The notes: a model not told the origin generated them from the sequence alone. Shown: positions 12,315-26,048, counted from the whole stretch's first letter. The stretch is 63,201 nucleotides of DNA, filler included, from Aduncisulcus paluster (GCA_024181965.1; 6 parts of 6 records of this genome joined end to end with filler, not necessarily neighbours in it), one strand, 5' to 3'. Numbers and translations: made by a program.

Positions 12315-12869
12315 TTATTCCTCGGTAATCCTTGAAATATATTGATCAATTTCGTCAAATTTGGCTTTTAGTTCCTCAATGGAAACTGGATCTGCATGAG
12401 AAAAAGAGAATATTTCTTCATTCGAAAACATTTTCCCTTCCTCTTCTTCCTCTTCTTCCTCTTCCATTTCTTCCTCTTCCTCCTCTTCTTCCTCCTCCTC
12501 TTCTTCTTTTTGAGCCGAATCTTTCCTTAACATCCAAGGACTAATTTCGATAATCTTTGAATCTTTTGATTCTGGTTCCGAGGCAGAAATCATTGGATAT
12601 TCAATATCTTTCTTAGGCTTTGTATCAATATTTCTTGGCTTTAAGGGCGATTTAATTCCCTTTTTTACACATACTTCAATAAACTTGATTCCGACGCAGA
12701 CTTTCCCACTCTCAACATTCAATTTGCTTCCAAAAGGCTTTAGAGTTGACACGATATTTACACCAGATTTCATAAATCCGCGTACTTTTCCACTTGATAA
12801 GACCAAGTTTTGACATAATTTCTTCACAGCAGTGCCAACATTGAGAACACTCCATACAAGATTCTCCCC
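12315..12869 (-). CDS. Hypothetical protein with acidic C-terminus, 5'-truncated at scaffold end
   Basis: Frame is open from the scaffold edge to TAA at 12315; poly-Glu tract. Confidence 0.65.
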   Translation of the reverse strand, partial: GENLVWSVLNVGTAVKKLCQNLVLSSGKVRGFMKSGVNIVSTLKPFGSKLNVESGKVCVGIKFIEVCVKKGIKSPLKPRNIDTKPKKDIEYPMISASEPESKDSKIIEISPWMLRKDSAQKEEEEEEEEEEEEEMEEEEEEEEEGKMFSNEEIFSFSHADPVSIEELKAKFDEIDQYISRITEE

Positions 12870-12969
12870 NNNNNNNNNNNNNNNNNNNNNNNNNNNNNNN
12901 NNNNNNNNNNNNNTTAATTAATTAANNNNNNNNNNNNNNNNNNNNNNNNNNNNNNNNNNNNNNNNNNNN
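12870..12969. other. Synthetic scaffold linker (N44-TTAATTAATTAA-N44)
   Basis: Exactly 100 nt with a six-frame stop cassette; five identical copies in the window. Confidence 0.97.
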
Positions 12970-14448
12970 TTCAGTTAACTCAACACCCATAGCACAACCA
13001 ACAAAGGCAGCACACTCGGGAGATAAAGGAGCACTTCCACTGACAATCTGTTTACATCTGTTCCCAAGAAGGTTACGAACATCTTTGAAAAGAAAATCAT
13101 ATTTGGTTGGTATCTTCAGACGTTGTTGGACATATTTCCAGTGTTTCACACGAGACAATCCATGAAGGAATAACCAACGGATTAAACCAGGCTTCTTCTT
13201 AACTTTCTTCATGACACTGTCAAAAATCTTCTGTAAAACACGAGGAACAGCACACAAAACAGTGGGCCGAGCAATGAAAATGTCATCAATGAGATATTTA
13301 GTATTCCCACGGTAGAAACACATAACTCCACCAAATTGTACAACAACCATGCTGACAACACGTTGGAAGACATGGGCAGAGGGCAAGAAGGACATAAATA
13401 CGTGTTGTTTCTGATAGCCTTTGTAGAGAGCAGGCTGGAATAGGTACACGGCCTTCACAATGTTGTAATGGGACAATTCTACACCCTTGGGGTTTCCAGT
13501 TGTCCCACTTGTGTATACATATGAGACAAGCTCGTCTTTGTGAATGCCAGGTGGGACTCTAGGTAATGTCAGATCACCGCCTTCAGAGATGAGGAAATTG
13601 GCTCCAAGGACCATGAGAGAGGAGAATAGACCAGTGATATGGCTAAATATCTCTTTATCTGGGAAAGATATCGTTGGCAATACATGAGAAGGTGGAGAAT
13701 ATGGGAATTTTACATTACGGGGGGACATGGGGATTTCTGGGTTGGCTTCCTTGCAATCTTTCAATTTTTCATAGAATTCTTTCCCAGGAGGAACATTTAA
13801 AAACATGGAATCGAGAAGAGCGTGAGATTCAGCTTCGGTAATGGTACGGTGGAAAATATAATCGGGAGTGAGTTCGGGGATATATTTTTTGAACATGGCG
13901 CGGTCGTCAGGGCGATAATCGAATAAGTAAACGTTGGAAAGACACTCTGGCATGTCGGATTCGATTTTAAGAAACTTGGGAAGGATATCAGCGGTCATAA
14001 ATAGACATTTGATCTGAGAATCATTAGCAACATATTTACAATCTTGAATACCTTGACTATCGTAAAGTGGAACAAGAATAAATCCTTCACAATTGCATGC
14101 AAGGTCGAGAACATGCCATTCATATCTGTTATAGCTCCAAATACCAATGGCATCTCCTTTTTCCAATCCAATGGAGCGTAATCCAGCGGCTATTTTAGCA
14201 ATATGAGAAGAAAAATGCTCATACGTGTAATATTCATAAGCTCCACGTGGATTCTTTTCTTTTTCATTGGGAAGGCAATATGACCGATAAGCACCAAAGG
14301 CTGGGCGTTTCCAATGAACTTTAAGGTGGTGTCGAATAAATTGGGGCAAGGTTTCCATGTCATCTGGAACTTGATCCCAAGTGCGTTGAATTGGGAAGTG
14401 CGCAGCACCATCTCGAATTATAGGTTTTGTTGGAGGAACGTATTCCAT
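12970..14448 (-). CDS. Long-chain fatty acyl-CoA synthetase, 3'-truncated
   Basis: AMP-binding motif YTSGTTGNPKGVELSH, plus SFLPSAHVFQR, PTVLCAVPRV and SGSAPLS; runs into the linker. Confidence 0.93.
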
Positions 14449-14811
14449 TTTTTTCCGTAAAAATCAAATCGAATTTGTGATCCAGAACCAAACGAAAAAA
14501 AAAGATCGAGATGGGCAGGAAAAATGGCGCAATCCAAAATGATACAATATCATAAATTCATAAAAAAATTATTATTTTCATTAAATCCTGGTCAAAACAT
14601 TTTCTATAAATCCTTGCATTCCAGCCAGAACTTCTGGCCCAGAAGCTTGGGCTTAAATCGAAATATATTCTTGATTTTAGAGTAATAAATTGCTTTAATA
14701 TAAGTAAATAAATTCGATTTAGAGGTAGAGTGTTCGTTTTATTATGCCAACAAGTTGCAAACGTAAACTTTCGTTTTTCGTCTAGAATAGTTTTGTCAAA
14801 GATACATTAAT

Positions 14812-17800
14812 ATGGATTCCGACCATATTTTGTTACAAATTAATAGGTGTTCCAAAGAAAAAGAGTTAACAACCTTTATTCAGCTTCTTGAAATAGAAGT
14901 TTCAAAAGAGCAGCTTAGAAAAGAATCCCTGAAAAAAGAAATAGATGAATTATCCAAAAAAATTCAATATAAATCAACAATGAATCTTTATGATAAACAT
15001 AAACCCTTAGAATTTCGTGAATTTGATAATCTTCCTGAAGATCATGAATCTGAACCTGATGATGGAAAATTTATTGATACTAAAACATTTTTAGAAGCCC
15101 ATAAACCCCCACCAAATATTGAAGAGCACGAATATGAAATTCCACAACGTAATTCCATGATAATGCCCAGGACTGCAGAAGGTTCCGTTATTCATGTAGT
15201 TCCACAAGAAATACGTGTTCAAACGCCACCTAAACCACAATCAGTTCCCGCATCAACAACTTCTCCCAAAAGAAAGTCTTCTAGGGTATCAACTTCCAAA
15301 TCCAGTTCAAAATCGAGATCTTATTCTCCATCTTACATGAGACCAACGAAATCGGCCCAAGCAAAAGGTAAATCTTCAACCTCTGCCAATGAACATCATA
15401 AATCTCGAAAATTTACATCAAGTTCCTCCAAACCTACATCTATGATTAAGCACACATCAAGAACAAAACAAACAGTCAAACAGACACATCAGCCACATCA
15501 GATACATCAACCAAAGCAAACAACGAATATAACAAACAGCAATAACAACACAACTGATAATCCACAGTCAACAGCTCAAAAACAGCCAAGAAGTCGAAGT
15601 GCTGGTCCATCTGTCTTTGCGCGTCTTTCAAAAACTACCACAAAGAGTCTTAGGGCCAAACAAAAGGAAGCAGAAGATACGAAGAAATATATCCAAGCCA
15701 GAGAGCGAGCAAGGACACCCCCTGTTGCTACTAGGATCTCTAAATCCCTTCCCAGTGTTGCTCAACGNNNNNNNNNNNNNNNNNNNNCTCAAAAACAGCC
15801 AAGAAGTCGAAGTGCTGGTCCATCTGTCTTTGCGCGTCTTTCAAAAACTACACAAAGAGTCTTAGGGCCAAACAAAAGGAAGCAGAAGATACGAAGAAAT
15901 ATATCCAAGCCAGAGAGCGAGCAAGGACACCCCCTGTTGCTACTAGGATCTCTAAATCCCTTCCCAGTGTTGCTCAACGCACTGCAATTGGTGCCAGAAA
16001 AAGACATCCTAGAAACATCCACTCTTCCTCTTCTTCTTCTTCTTCTTCTTCTTCTTCTTCTTCCTCTTTATCATTGGGTGTTAAGTTAGGACGTTCCAAT
16101 AGTGCAGGTTCCACGAGAATAAGCAGCTCTACTCTTCACAACAAACATAACCACGATGATCACTTGATTACGTCTTCATCAACTCCTAATGTTATCATGA
16201 TGGGTCGTGGTATCGGCACCACAGGCATGGATATGGGAGCTGTGGGAGAGGCTATAATTGGATCTTTTGAGAAATACACAAATAACAACACTCAGCAACC
16301 TGTATTACATCATTCAGGTCCATCGCATCCTTATCTCTCTCCTCTATCACATACTTCCTCACATATGAGCCATGTGACACAAGGAATGCTTCATGAGAGG
16401 CTTAGAGAGAGAAAGAAGGAAGCTTTCATAGCAGCACAACAACAGCAAGCACAAGCACAAAGTCAAAGTCAAGCTCAAGGTCAACAGCAAGGTCAAGGTC
16501 AAGTGCAGCATGGGTCAAGGATTTCTACAACTCCTAAGAGGGATTTGTCTGGGGCTTGTGCTGGAGGAACAATGGGAACTATGGGAACTATGGGAACTAT
16601 GGGAGCTTCACAGAATCAAGAGTATGGTGCATTGACACCTGGAAAGATGCAATATATGATGTCATCAAGACCACCTTTCAATACTCACTCTTCGTTTTCT
16701 CCTACAATTAAATTGAAAGAAACATCATCAAGAAAGAAGAAAGGAGGAATAATATCATCATCTTTCTCTTCTTCTTCTTCTTCCTCTTCCTCCTCTTCCT
16801 CTTCCTCTTCTTCTNNNNNNNNNNNNNNNNNNNNGGTCAAGTGCAGCATGGGTCAAGGATTTCTACAAATCCTAAGAGGGATTTGTCTGGGGCTTGTGCT
16901 GGAGGAACAATGGGAACTATGGGAACTATGGGAACTATGGGAGCTTCACAGAATCAAGAGTATGGTGCATTGACACCTGGAAAGATGCAATATATGATGT
17001 CATCAAGACCACCTTTCAATACTCACTCTTCGTTTTCTCCTACAATTAAATTGAAAGAAACATCATCAAGAAAGAAGAAAGGAGGAATAATATCATCATC
17101 TTTCTCTTCTTCTTCTTCCTCTTCCTCCTCTTCCTCTTCCTCTTCTTCTTCCTCGCCATCAAGTAGTGTTCTTTCAATGCAAAAACATCAACCGAAAAGT
17201 ACCGGTTATAGACGGTCCGGATCCTCATCTGCTTCGGCCAAAACCGGTAGTTCTTCATCATCATCACATGACCTTTCCCATTCTAGTGATTTAGAGTCTT
17301 TTGCTCAGCTATATTTGAGTACATTACCAAGAGAAAATCATTTAGGAGGTCTTGGAGTCAGAAAAAGAACAGGATTTGCAGCAGAAAGTGTAGAGCCTTT
17401 CGTTCATCACCTCCATGGTCGAAATGGTACAGGTACAGGTCCAGATTCTTCAGCTACTTCAACTTCTAGAGATTCTGCAAGAGATTCTTCAAGAGATTCT
17501 GGCTCAGAGCAGCAGAGAAGGAGGAGATATTCTGATGAAAGGGATGCGATGGATGAACAAGAAGCATTGGAAACTATGAAAGCAATGGAATTAGAAGAGG
17601 CGAGAAGAGAAGAGTTTGAAAGATTACAGCAAGAAGAGATGAAAGAAAGAATACGAGCAAGAAAATTATTGACCAGACAAAACAGTGATCCATCAACGTT
17701 TTTCTTGTCAAGATTGGACGATGGAACAAAAAAGAATAAGAAAAACTCACAAGATGACAGAGTTTCAAATGGTACCTTTCATAGGACATATTATGAAGAA

Positions 17801-18523
17801 GGAAGAAGAAGAACAAGAAGAAGTGAGAGAGAAGAAGAGAGAGAAGAAGAGGTAGATACTACTCGATCTACAGCTAATGCTGCTACTGCTCCGATGAGAA
17901 CGTCTTCATCAGAAGCTTCCATGTCTATAAATAGATATGATTATGAGAAACAACGTGGCATAGGTGGTGGTGTTGATGATGATGGTGTTGATGGTGACAG
18001 TGGGTATGATCTTCATGGGGGATTAAAAGAGCGAGTACAGAGAGAGATTGAAGAAAAGAAAAGAATTCAAATGCGAGAAAAAAGAAGAAAACAACAGGAG
18101 AAAAAGAAAGGATCATCATCTCCAAAATCTCCAAAATCTCCAAAATCTTCGTCATCAAAGTCGNNNNNNNNNNNNNNNNNNNNAAATAGATATGATTATG
18201 AGAAACAACGTGACATAGGTGGTGGTGTTGATGATGATGGTGTTGATGGTGACAGTGGGTATGATCTTCATGGGGGATTAAAAGAGCGAGTACAGAGAGA
18301 GATTGAAGAAAAGAAAAGAATTCAAATGCGAGAAAAAAGAAGAAAACAACAGGAGAAAAAGAAAGGATCATCATCTCCAAAATCTCCAAAATCTCCAAAA
18401 TCTTCGTCATCAAAGTCGAAATACCAAAAATATGGTCCATCTATGAGTCCAAGCCCAAGAAGTGGGATTTTAGGTGGTGACGAGGCTGACATTAGAAAAT
18501 CTATTCAAAGTTTATTTATGTGA
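14812..18523 (+). CDS. Low-complexity Ser/Gln/charged protein with N-terminal coiled coil; one gene split by three assembly gaps
   Basis: Gaps at 15768-15787, 16815-16834 and 18164-18183 each have duplicated flanks. De-duplication joins ORFs 14812, 16074 and 16841 in frame. Confidence 0.75.
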
Positions 18524-18769
18524 TTTAAACAAAAGATATATAACCCATTTTCAACATGATTAATAAATTATTATCGGTTTTTTTACCCAATGAATCATTT
18601 CATCTCGTCACGTCTTACAACTTTCTTTTTTCAAAATAATATACTTGAAATAATATTTACAAACAACTTAAAGTCGTAATAATCAGTTAATTGTTTTGAA
18701 GAAATCTCTGTCCCACGAAATATAAAAATCATCTCGATTTGCTTCACTTGTTGACACAATTTAATTAAA

Positions 18770-20791
18770 ATGGATGAAAATTATTACATCGAAGACATTG
18801 AAAAAATAATGTCGGTATTACGTGCCACGGAAGCGTCTTCCCTAACTTTTCCAGCTCTAAAAAAAGAAATTGAATTTAGCTTAGAGTTACGTGCTATAAA
18901 CTTAGCTAGTTCGAAATCTATTCCCCTTTTTAAAGCTTCCAAAGAGATAATTACTGAATTATTATCTTCGAAACATGATATGAAAGATGATAGTCCAACT
19001 CCAAGGAAAGTGAAGGCCTATTCGAGAAAATTTGGAATTCATGCATCTCACCCTGCATTTTTAGCCAGATATAATATCATTTCAGCAGTCCATTCTCTTA
19101 GAAAGAAGCATAAAGAACCTATCTCCACTGTATCTGTACGAATTATTGCGGCAATTGTTTCTCAAATGATTAATCTTGCCGATAAACGTGATAAAATCGA
19201 TAGTATTAACCCCAAAAAGCCTTCTCCGATCTGTATTTCCCAAAGATATATTCTAACCCAAGCCAAACAGCTTGTCAAGTCCACCATTTTTAAACAATTC
19301 CAGATATCCCCGCTAATTTACCATGAAGATCCTTCTAAATCTTCTCTCAGTGGCTCTGTTTCTCAGCTGGACTCTATTTCGAGTCTTGCTTCACCCCCCA
19401 GTTCTTCTACCTTGCCTCATTCTTTATCTCTCTCTGCATTGCCTACAAAGAGGGCTGGATCACCGTCTAAGAGTACTCCTTTGCTCCTTTCCGATCCCCT
19501 TACACTTGATCTGACAAACGTTGCCCAATGGAGAAGGAAATTGAAGCATACGGCAAGAGTACTACAAGCTTCATCAAGTGCACTTGAAAGGAGCAAGTCT
19601 CAGGCCTCTATTGGTAACTCTCAGTGCCAATCTCATTCTGCATGGACAGCCTCAGCCTCACGGACAGCCTCTTCCTCTTCCTCTTCCTCAGCCTCTCCTT
19701 CTCCTTATGCTTCTGCTTCTTCTGCACAGTATAAAGCAGAGATAATGGTTGATGGTGGTGGAGATGGATATGAGGATTCCCTTGACACTGAATGTCTGAG
19801 TGATGTAGGTAAATGCATACAACTAAAACAGATAGAATCTAAACGTAAACCTTCAACCAATCCAAGTAATATACTTTCCTCACTCACTCGGCATCCCATT
19901 GATATTGAGACCATGAGTCCTAGTCTTATATCTTCTACCTGCTCTTCTTCTACTCGTTTAGAAGGCAGAGGGCAAGGAGATGTATTTAGTCCACATCATG
20001 GAGAGGAGGAGGATCAACAACAACAACTTGATTCACGTATTGAGAGCATTGCACACTCACGTGACATTGCACACAAACACAAATTGGCACAATCTCCACC
20101 ACTTCTTGTCCCCTTGTCTCCTTTTGCACCTTCCCCAGTGATCTCTGACTCTGAAAGACAACGTATGATCAGTTTACAGAAAGAGAAAGAAGATAATTTA
20201 CGTTTAAAGCAAGAAATTGTTCCCATAAAGCCCCATAGGTCTCATATTCTTGATGATATTGAAGAAGATGAAGAAAATAGTTACACTGGGCGGTTTATTA
20301 CAGCTGTCCAACGTAAGGAAACTATTAAGATGGAAAAACAAGGATGGATTGCATGTAATGGATCTGATGTATTTAGCCCAATCTCATTGTTATCTTCAAC
20401 TGGAGCTATTGCTTCTCGAGGTATTGCTTCTCGTGCTGCTCCGATTGCATTGACACCTGGAGGAACAGAAACATCTATACAAAAGAATGTTAAATCTTCT
20501 CCATCATATAGACACACCTCTTCTTCCTCTTCCTCTTCCTCTTCCTCTTCCTCTTCTTCCTCTTCTTCTTCCTCTTCAAATGTTGATGGAGATAATTCGA
20601 TTGTTTGTGAATATATTTGTAGACATCATACTATTAATCATGGAATTACAGCATTGGAAACGGTTAGAAAACAGAGTCCAAGTTCATACAGAGATATTGA
20701 AGAAGTAAGAAGGATGTTTAGGACTTTCTCAGGGAGACTATGTAAAGACGAAGTGGTCCAACTTGTTCAACAACTGGAAGAAAAGGTTTGA
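18770..20791 (+). CDS. Hypothetical Ser-rich protein (673 aa)
   Basis: Long ATG-initiated ORF flanked by AT-rich intergenic DNA. Confidence 0.8.
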   Translation: MDENYYIEDIEKIMSVLRATEASSLTFPALKKEIEFSLELRAINLASSKSIPLFKASKEIITELLSSKHDMKDDSPTPRKVKAYSRKFGIHASHPAFLARYNIISAVHSLRKKHKEPISTVSVRIIAAIVSQMINLADKRDKIDSINPKKPSPICISQRYILTQAKQLVKSTIFKQFQISPLIYHEDPSKSSLSGSVSQLDSISSLASPPSSSTLPHSLSLSALPTKRAGSPSKSTPLLLSDPLTLDLTNVAQWRRKLKHTARVLQASSSALERSKSQASIGNSQCQSHSAWTASASRTASSSSSSSASPSPYASASSAQYKAEIMVDGGGDGYEDSLDTECLSDVGKCIQLKQIESKRKPSTNPSNILSSLTRHPIDIETMSPSLISSTCSSSTRLEGRGQGDVFSPHHGEEEDQQQQLDSRIESIAHSRDIAHKHKLAQSPPLLVPLSPFAPSPVISDSERQRMISLQKEKEDNLRLKQEIVPIKPHRSHILDDIEEDEENSYTGRFITAVQRKETIKMEKQGWIACNGSDVFSPISLLSSTGAIASRGIASRAAPIALTPGGTETSIQKNVKSSPSYRHTSSSSSSSSSSSSSSSSSSSSNVDGDNSIVCEYICRHHTINHGITALETVRKQSPSSYRDIEEVRRMFRTFSGRLCKDEVVQLVQQLEEKV

Positions 20792-21106
20792 CTTTTGACT
20801 CATGACTTTTGACTTTTGTTGACCACAACAGGCTGAAACAGAGAACATGAAAGGAGAGAAGTGGATTATAAATATCAATATTTATAATATATTGTACAAT
20901 AATTGGTAGAAAATTTATTGTGTGTTGTGTATTGATTGATATTTATATAGTCACCTTCACTTTACTTTCATTTTACGTGTATTATTATCTTATCATATAA
21001 ATATTATTTCTCTTAAGATCCAAGATTTTATTATTTTATTATTTTATATCTTTATTAGTGCTTTTTATATCAATTTCCTTTAACCTAATATTATGATATA
21101 TTATTC

Positions 21107-21154
21107 ATGATGTTCTATTTTTAGAATATGATGTTCTATTTTTAGAATATGATG
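21107..21154. repeat. Tandem repeat, 21-bp unit x2.3
   Basis: ATGATGTTCTATTTTTAGAAT twice, followed by ATGATG. Confidence 0.85.
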
Positions 21155-21766
21155 ATAATTAGGTTATTTAGAATAGATTTTGGAAATCAACAATACAAAA
21201 CGGACTATGAATAATTATATATTCATATTTGCTAGCTTAATAACTCTATATTTTATACTTTTTTGTCGTTTCTACCATCTTTTTTTTCTTTTTTCTTTTT
21301 CTTTTTTGTTTTGTTAGTTCAAAATTTCCGTGGATTTTTTTTTTTCTTTCGTTATCTCTCTATGATTTCAATTTGAAATAGTAGTGTTATGTTATACTTT
21401 AACACATAAATAAATTGATGTAATATATTCAAAAAAACAATAATATTTGGAGATAATGCAAGATATCACCGAATTTTTAAAAAACAATTTGAGATTCCCA
21501 TAAAAGGAGGATTTTCCGCATGGAAATTTGAACTCTCGTCTATTTATCTCAGCAAAATGTGCATATCAAAGCCAAACATAAATTAGAGTAACCATTTGAG
21601 AGCAAAAAAGTGATTGACGCTTAATGGAAAGTTTATCATATAAAATAAAGCAAAAATTTTAATTAACATATGCATTCCATGGAAATTTATTTGGTTATAA
21701 GGCTAATTTTTTTCCCAACTTTGTCCCATAGCGAAATTAGGTTTTTCTCGTAAATTACAATATCTT

Positions 21767-22546
21767 ATGCAATACCAAATGGCATCTGATCATACTACGA
21801 TGTCAAATTATAGTTTTAATCCCTCCCGAATATTAGAAAGGATGAGATCATCGAATCCTGCCATGCCAGAGTTAAGAATGCACTTAGAATCACAAATGCT
21901 CCCATCCTCATCGACTATTGGTGATCTTAGACAAAGAATTGGTCATTTAGAAGCGGAGAACTCATTATTAAAATCTGAAAATTCATTATTGAAGTCTGAG
22001 AGTGCCAGATTGAAATCTGAACATGAAAAAGAAACTCAACAACTTTTAGATGCTTTACATAAGACTCAAGAAATGCTATATTCCCTTATTCCGTCACAAA
22101 GACACTCTGATGCTGCATTTTCCCCTACAGCTTCCAAAACACTTCGTCTTGTCTCCGGTGTTGCTTCAGGTGTTGCTGATTCGTTAACTCAATATCCACA
22201 TGCCCCCCATAAGGCCAAGATACAATTAAACCCCCAATCACACCCGTCTGATCCCACTATTTCGAAAGAATTCATTCCAGACCCGAGTTCAACCCATTAT
22301 CCTCGATCTTTCCCACGATCTGTTGAATCTCCCCGTCAATATGACCAAGGTGGGTTCGGCGGAGACTTTTCATATCCTCAACGTCCGACATATCCAAGCC
22401 ATCCTCCTTCTCATCCTTATGACCATCAAGGAGGGGACTTCTCATCACATCACCGTCAACCTCAGTCTCAAGCATACCCACAGCCATCATATGGGCCACC
22501 TCCTCAACAATATCCTCCCTCATACACTCAACATCAACATCCATCA
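21767..22546 (+). CDS. Coiled-coil (leucine heptad) protein with Pro/Gln/Tyr-rich tail, 3'-truncated
   Basis: LEAENSLLKSENSLLKSESARLKSE heptads; runs into the linker. Confidence 0.75.
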
Positions 22547-22646
22547 NNNNNNNNNNNNNNNNNNNNNNNNNNNNNNNNNNNNNNNNNNNNTTAATTAATT
22601 AANNNNNNNNNNNNNNNNNNNNNNNNNNNNNNNNNNNNNNNNNNNN
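22547..22646. other. Synthetic scaffold linker
   Basis: N44-TTAATTAATTAA-N44. Confidence 0.97.
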
Positions 22647-24594
22647 GAGAGATTACTTGGCGACGATCTTCACTCAAACTCCTTCTAGTTCTTCTTCCTT
22701 TCCCCTTTTCTACAGTCTTTTCTATAGTCTTTTCTTCTTTAAGAAGAATAATTGAAGCTGCTATGGATGCCAATTCAACACTCACTGTGGTATCAGTGTC
22801 ACTGGCTTTACATAAGTCGTATTCCCAATCTCTCCATTCAATTATAGTCTCTACAAAGGAACAGATATCCCAGTCCTCAACAAGAGTGGACTCAATATGG
22901 GGGGGGTCTTCTTTCTCACAAGGAGTGCTAAAAATAGAACGAATGAGATGAGTGCACAATACCAACAAACGAGTGGCTACAATTGCATGATACACGCCAC
23001 TAGATATCTTTGAATGATCTGTATTCTTGTTTTCGCTTTCTTCTTCACCCTCACTTCTCTTCTTTTCTATTCTCGGGATATTACAAGATCCAAGTGGAGT
23101 TTTATCAAAGTCTTTACCAAGTTTATCAAAGGCTGTTTCTGATGTAGTTTCTAATATTAGGGCATTTCTACAGGCACGAATGACAAGATTTAGGAGATAG
23201 ATAGTTTTTGAGTGCTTGGATTGCATAGAAATCGAAATAATGGCTGAAATATCAGGAAATAACGATGGTTTGGCATTTAAAACAGTGAATACAAACTCAA
23301 TAAGCAAATAAATTGAATCATTTTTTTCAATGTCGTGTGGAATTGTTATATCTCCAACCCAAAGGCTGGATAGAACAGAATAAACGGAAGGAAGAAGAGA
23401 GAATGATTTGGTTTTCAACTCATTAAGTGTTTTTTTGTGTTCTTTCTTGGTTTTAGAAACAGATTCAACCAATTTTTCCTGGTCTTCTTCTTTCTCTTCT
23501 TTCTCTTCTTTCTCTTCTTTCTCAAGCTTTGCAAGGGATTCTCGAATGGTTTCCATGGAGGATGATAAATCTTTGACAGAACTAATAACATCACGAAGCT
23601 TCACAATTCCATCGTTTTCAGCTTCTATCAAGGAAATACAATCTCCTTCGTCACCAAGAGTTTCCGTAGACACTGAAAGATCACTCACATTAATAATGCT
23701 ATCTCTTGGCTTATCACTACTCTCTTCCTTCGCTTTCTCATGTTGCTTGACTCTTTGTTTCAGCTCTTTGAGACTGATTTGACAGATAGAAAGTAAATTA
23801 GAGGCTGTGGATGAACTTTCTCCGCCACTACCTCCGGCTGTGAGACCAATCATAAGGCCATCGTGATCATCAAGGATCTTCTCAGCGAGGTCAACGTCAC
23901 CGCAGAGGATCGCTACATCCATCATCATTGTGGATATCTCTTGGAGCAGAGATGGGAGGCTATCTTCATCCGAACAAGGTAAATCGGTCACAAATGGGGA
24001 TAACGGTGATTTGGGAAGGGTTGAGGAACTCGAGGTACGGGAAGGGGCTGGAAGAACGCAGCGAGAGAGCATGAGTTTGGCCATTTTAAGAGGTTTGTCA
24101 GTGTTTAAGAATTGGATTAGCTCTTCATCGCTCTGGAAAACTGATTCTATCTTTTGGCGGAGGAGAGGGAAAAACAAATAACATAATTTAACAAACATTT
24201 TATGCTTTTTATCGAGGCTGGAGGTTAATTTGGTAAGATGGCGGTAAACTGTTTGAATATCGGTAGAAGAGCCAGAAATAAAGACTGCTCCAAAGGAAAA
24301 ATGTTTGATTGTCTCTTCTGGGATGTTAGTAAGGAAAATAATCTGAATTTCAGCCAATTCTTTGATAAGACCTACAGAACAGAAACTAACCGAATATATA
24401 CGAATATACCGGACTAATTCATTCCCATATGAGCGCAGAAATTCATCAGAAACGGCTATGATCTTCCTATATGTTTGACTACATAAAGAAAAGAGTTTTC
24501 CTAACTCCCTTCCCCGTAAGCAGTCTGACATGCTATTGACGGAGTTCCAAAAGAATTTCATATCACTTTCAAAGTCTTTCTTTTGTCTAGACAT
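22647..24594 (-). CDS. Hypothetical helical/coiled-coil protein, 3'-truncated
   Basis: About 650-codon ORF from ATG 24594 into the linker. Confidence 0.78.
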
Positions 24595-24811
24595 ATCTTT
24601 ATCGAAATAGTAACGGATACGGTAGCAAACTAATCAATTTTTTCATAAATGGGCAATATAGCATAAAAGGGCAAATATATGAACAAAATTTACTGTGATA
24701 TGTGGATGTTATAGATTAGATAAATTATTGGGAGATGATTTCCCACAAGCTTGACAGAAAAGATGATTGAAAGAAAAATCCTTATGGGGTTATTAAAATG
24801 GACGGATTACA

Positions 24812-24976
24812 TCAAAAAGGAACAGTACGCTTCATTTGTTTAATCGTAGAATGAACTTCTTTGAGAGTGTCGCTGGTGTCCCTCGAATGGTTGTATATCG
24901 CATAACTGCCAAGAGCTGCAGCAATAAGAGCGAAAACTAGAATAATTCCAAACCAAAAATGTTGATTTTGAGCCAT
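24812..24976 (-). CDS. Small (54 aa) single-pass membrane or secreted protein, absent from the ORF track
   Basis: MAQNQHFWFGIILVFALIAAALGSYAIYNHSRDTSDTLKEVHSTIKQMKRTVPF-TGA; forms a higher-GC island after an AT-rich upstream region. Confidence 0.6.
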   Translation of the reverse strand: MAQNQHFWFGIILVFALIAAALGSYAIYNHSRDTSDTLKEVHSTIKQMKRTVPF

Positions 24977-25375
24977 TATATAATATTAATAATTCTTGTG
25001 TCGAGAAAAACAATAAAATTCGGCGTTTATTATTTTAGAATCGATAAATAGTGATTATGATTGCATATATTTAGATAAACAGGTATAGTCATAATAATAC
25101 ATTGCAATAAACTTTAGTATTAGAAGAAATTAAGGAGTTATTGTCAATTGTTGCTATCCTGTTTATTTAAGCATTTTGTTAAATAATCGGTCCTTTTTTC
25201 TCGATAAAATAATTTTTAAATTGAAAAATTCTTTATAGGATTTTTATTGATTGGGAAACAGTCGTTCTGGATGATGATGTTTTTTTGTTTCCTATTTTTG
25301 ACAACCCAAAAAGAAAAAAAATGTTTTCCTTTGCCGTTGATCTTTTCGTTCGGAGTATTACAAAGAACAGATATT

Positions 25376-26048
25376 ATGAGCATGAATGGAATGAAGTATG
25401 TACCTCTTTTCCTCCTTATTATGATTTGTTATTTTTGTTTTTATTTTGATGACATTCTAATCCAAAATCCATCTTAGTCCGATATTATCTTATTCCCTTG
25501 AAGATAGTGAAGATCACAGAACTCTATCCACAAAACGTCAGTGTTCAGTCGTATCTTCTTTGACAGAGCTGTCCTTAACCTCTGAAGGTGGAAACGCACT
25601 TGAAAACTTCTCATTAACAACAATCTGCACTCCTACTACCGAATCCTTCGTTATTTACGATGAATGTTCTTCCTTAGCCCAACCTGAGGAATTTATCTCT
25701 GAGTTTGGAACTAGATCCAGAAAAAGAAGACATTCACCGATATATTTTAAACCTATCCAACCCCCACGTGCCCTTTTCTTGGGGTCAAGTACGAATCCTT
25801 TCCTTGACGATGCCTATGGTTATGACGAAACTACATTTGGGGAAGAGCTTGAAGATACCGTTTCTTCTGAACGCGATATTTTTATTCGGAATCGACTTGA
25901 AGACGATTCGTCCCTCGTGGATACGAGAGAAAAACTTTCAGAACAATCTCTAAAACTTCTCATTCAAGAAGAAACCCCTCTGGCCCAATCTGCCTCTATA
26001 TCGCACGATACTGGCAGAATTCCAGGATCTCTGGTCTATCTTTTGTGA
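25376..26048 (+). CDS. Hypothetical acidic protein, two exons (25376-25395, 25478-26048)
   Basis: Intron 25396-25477 (GTATGT...TTCTAAT...TAG) fuses MSMNGMN in frame to PILSYSLEDSED... and ORF 25560. Confidence 0.72.

Noticed and set aside
12914-12925. TTAATTAATTAA palindrome recurring five times
   Set aside because: Always centred in N runs; it is an artificial linker, not a biological repeat or CRISPR.
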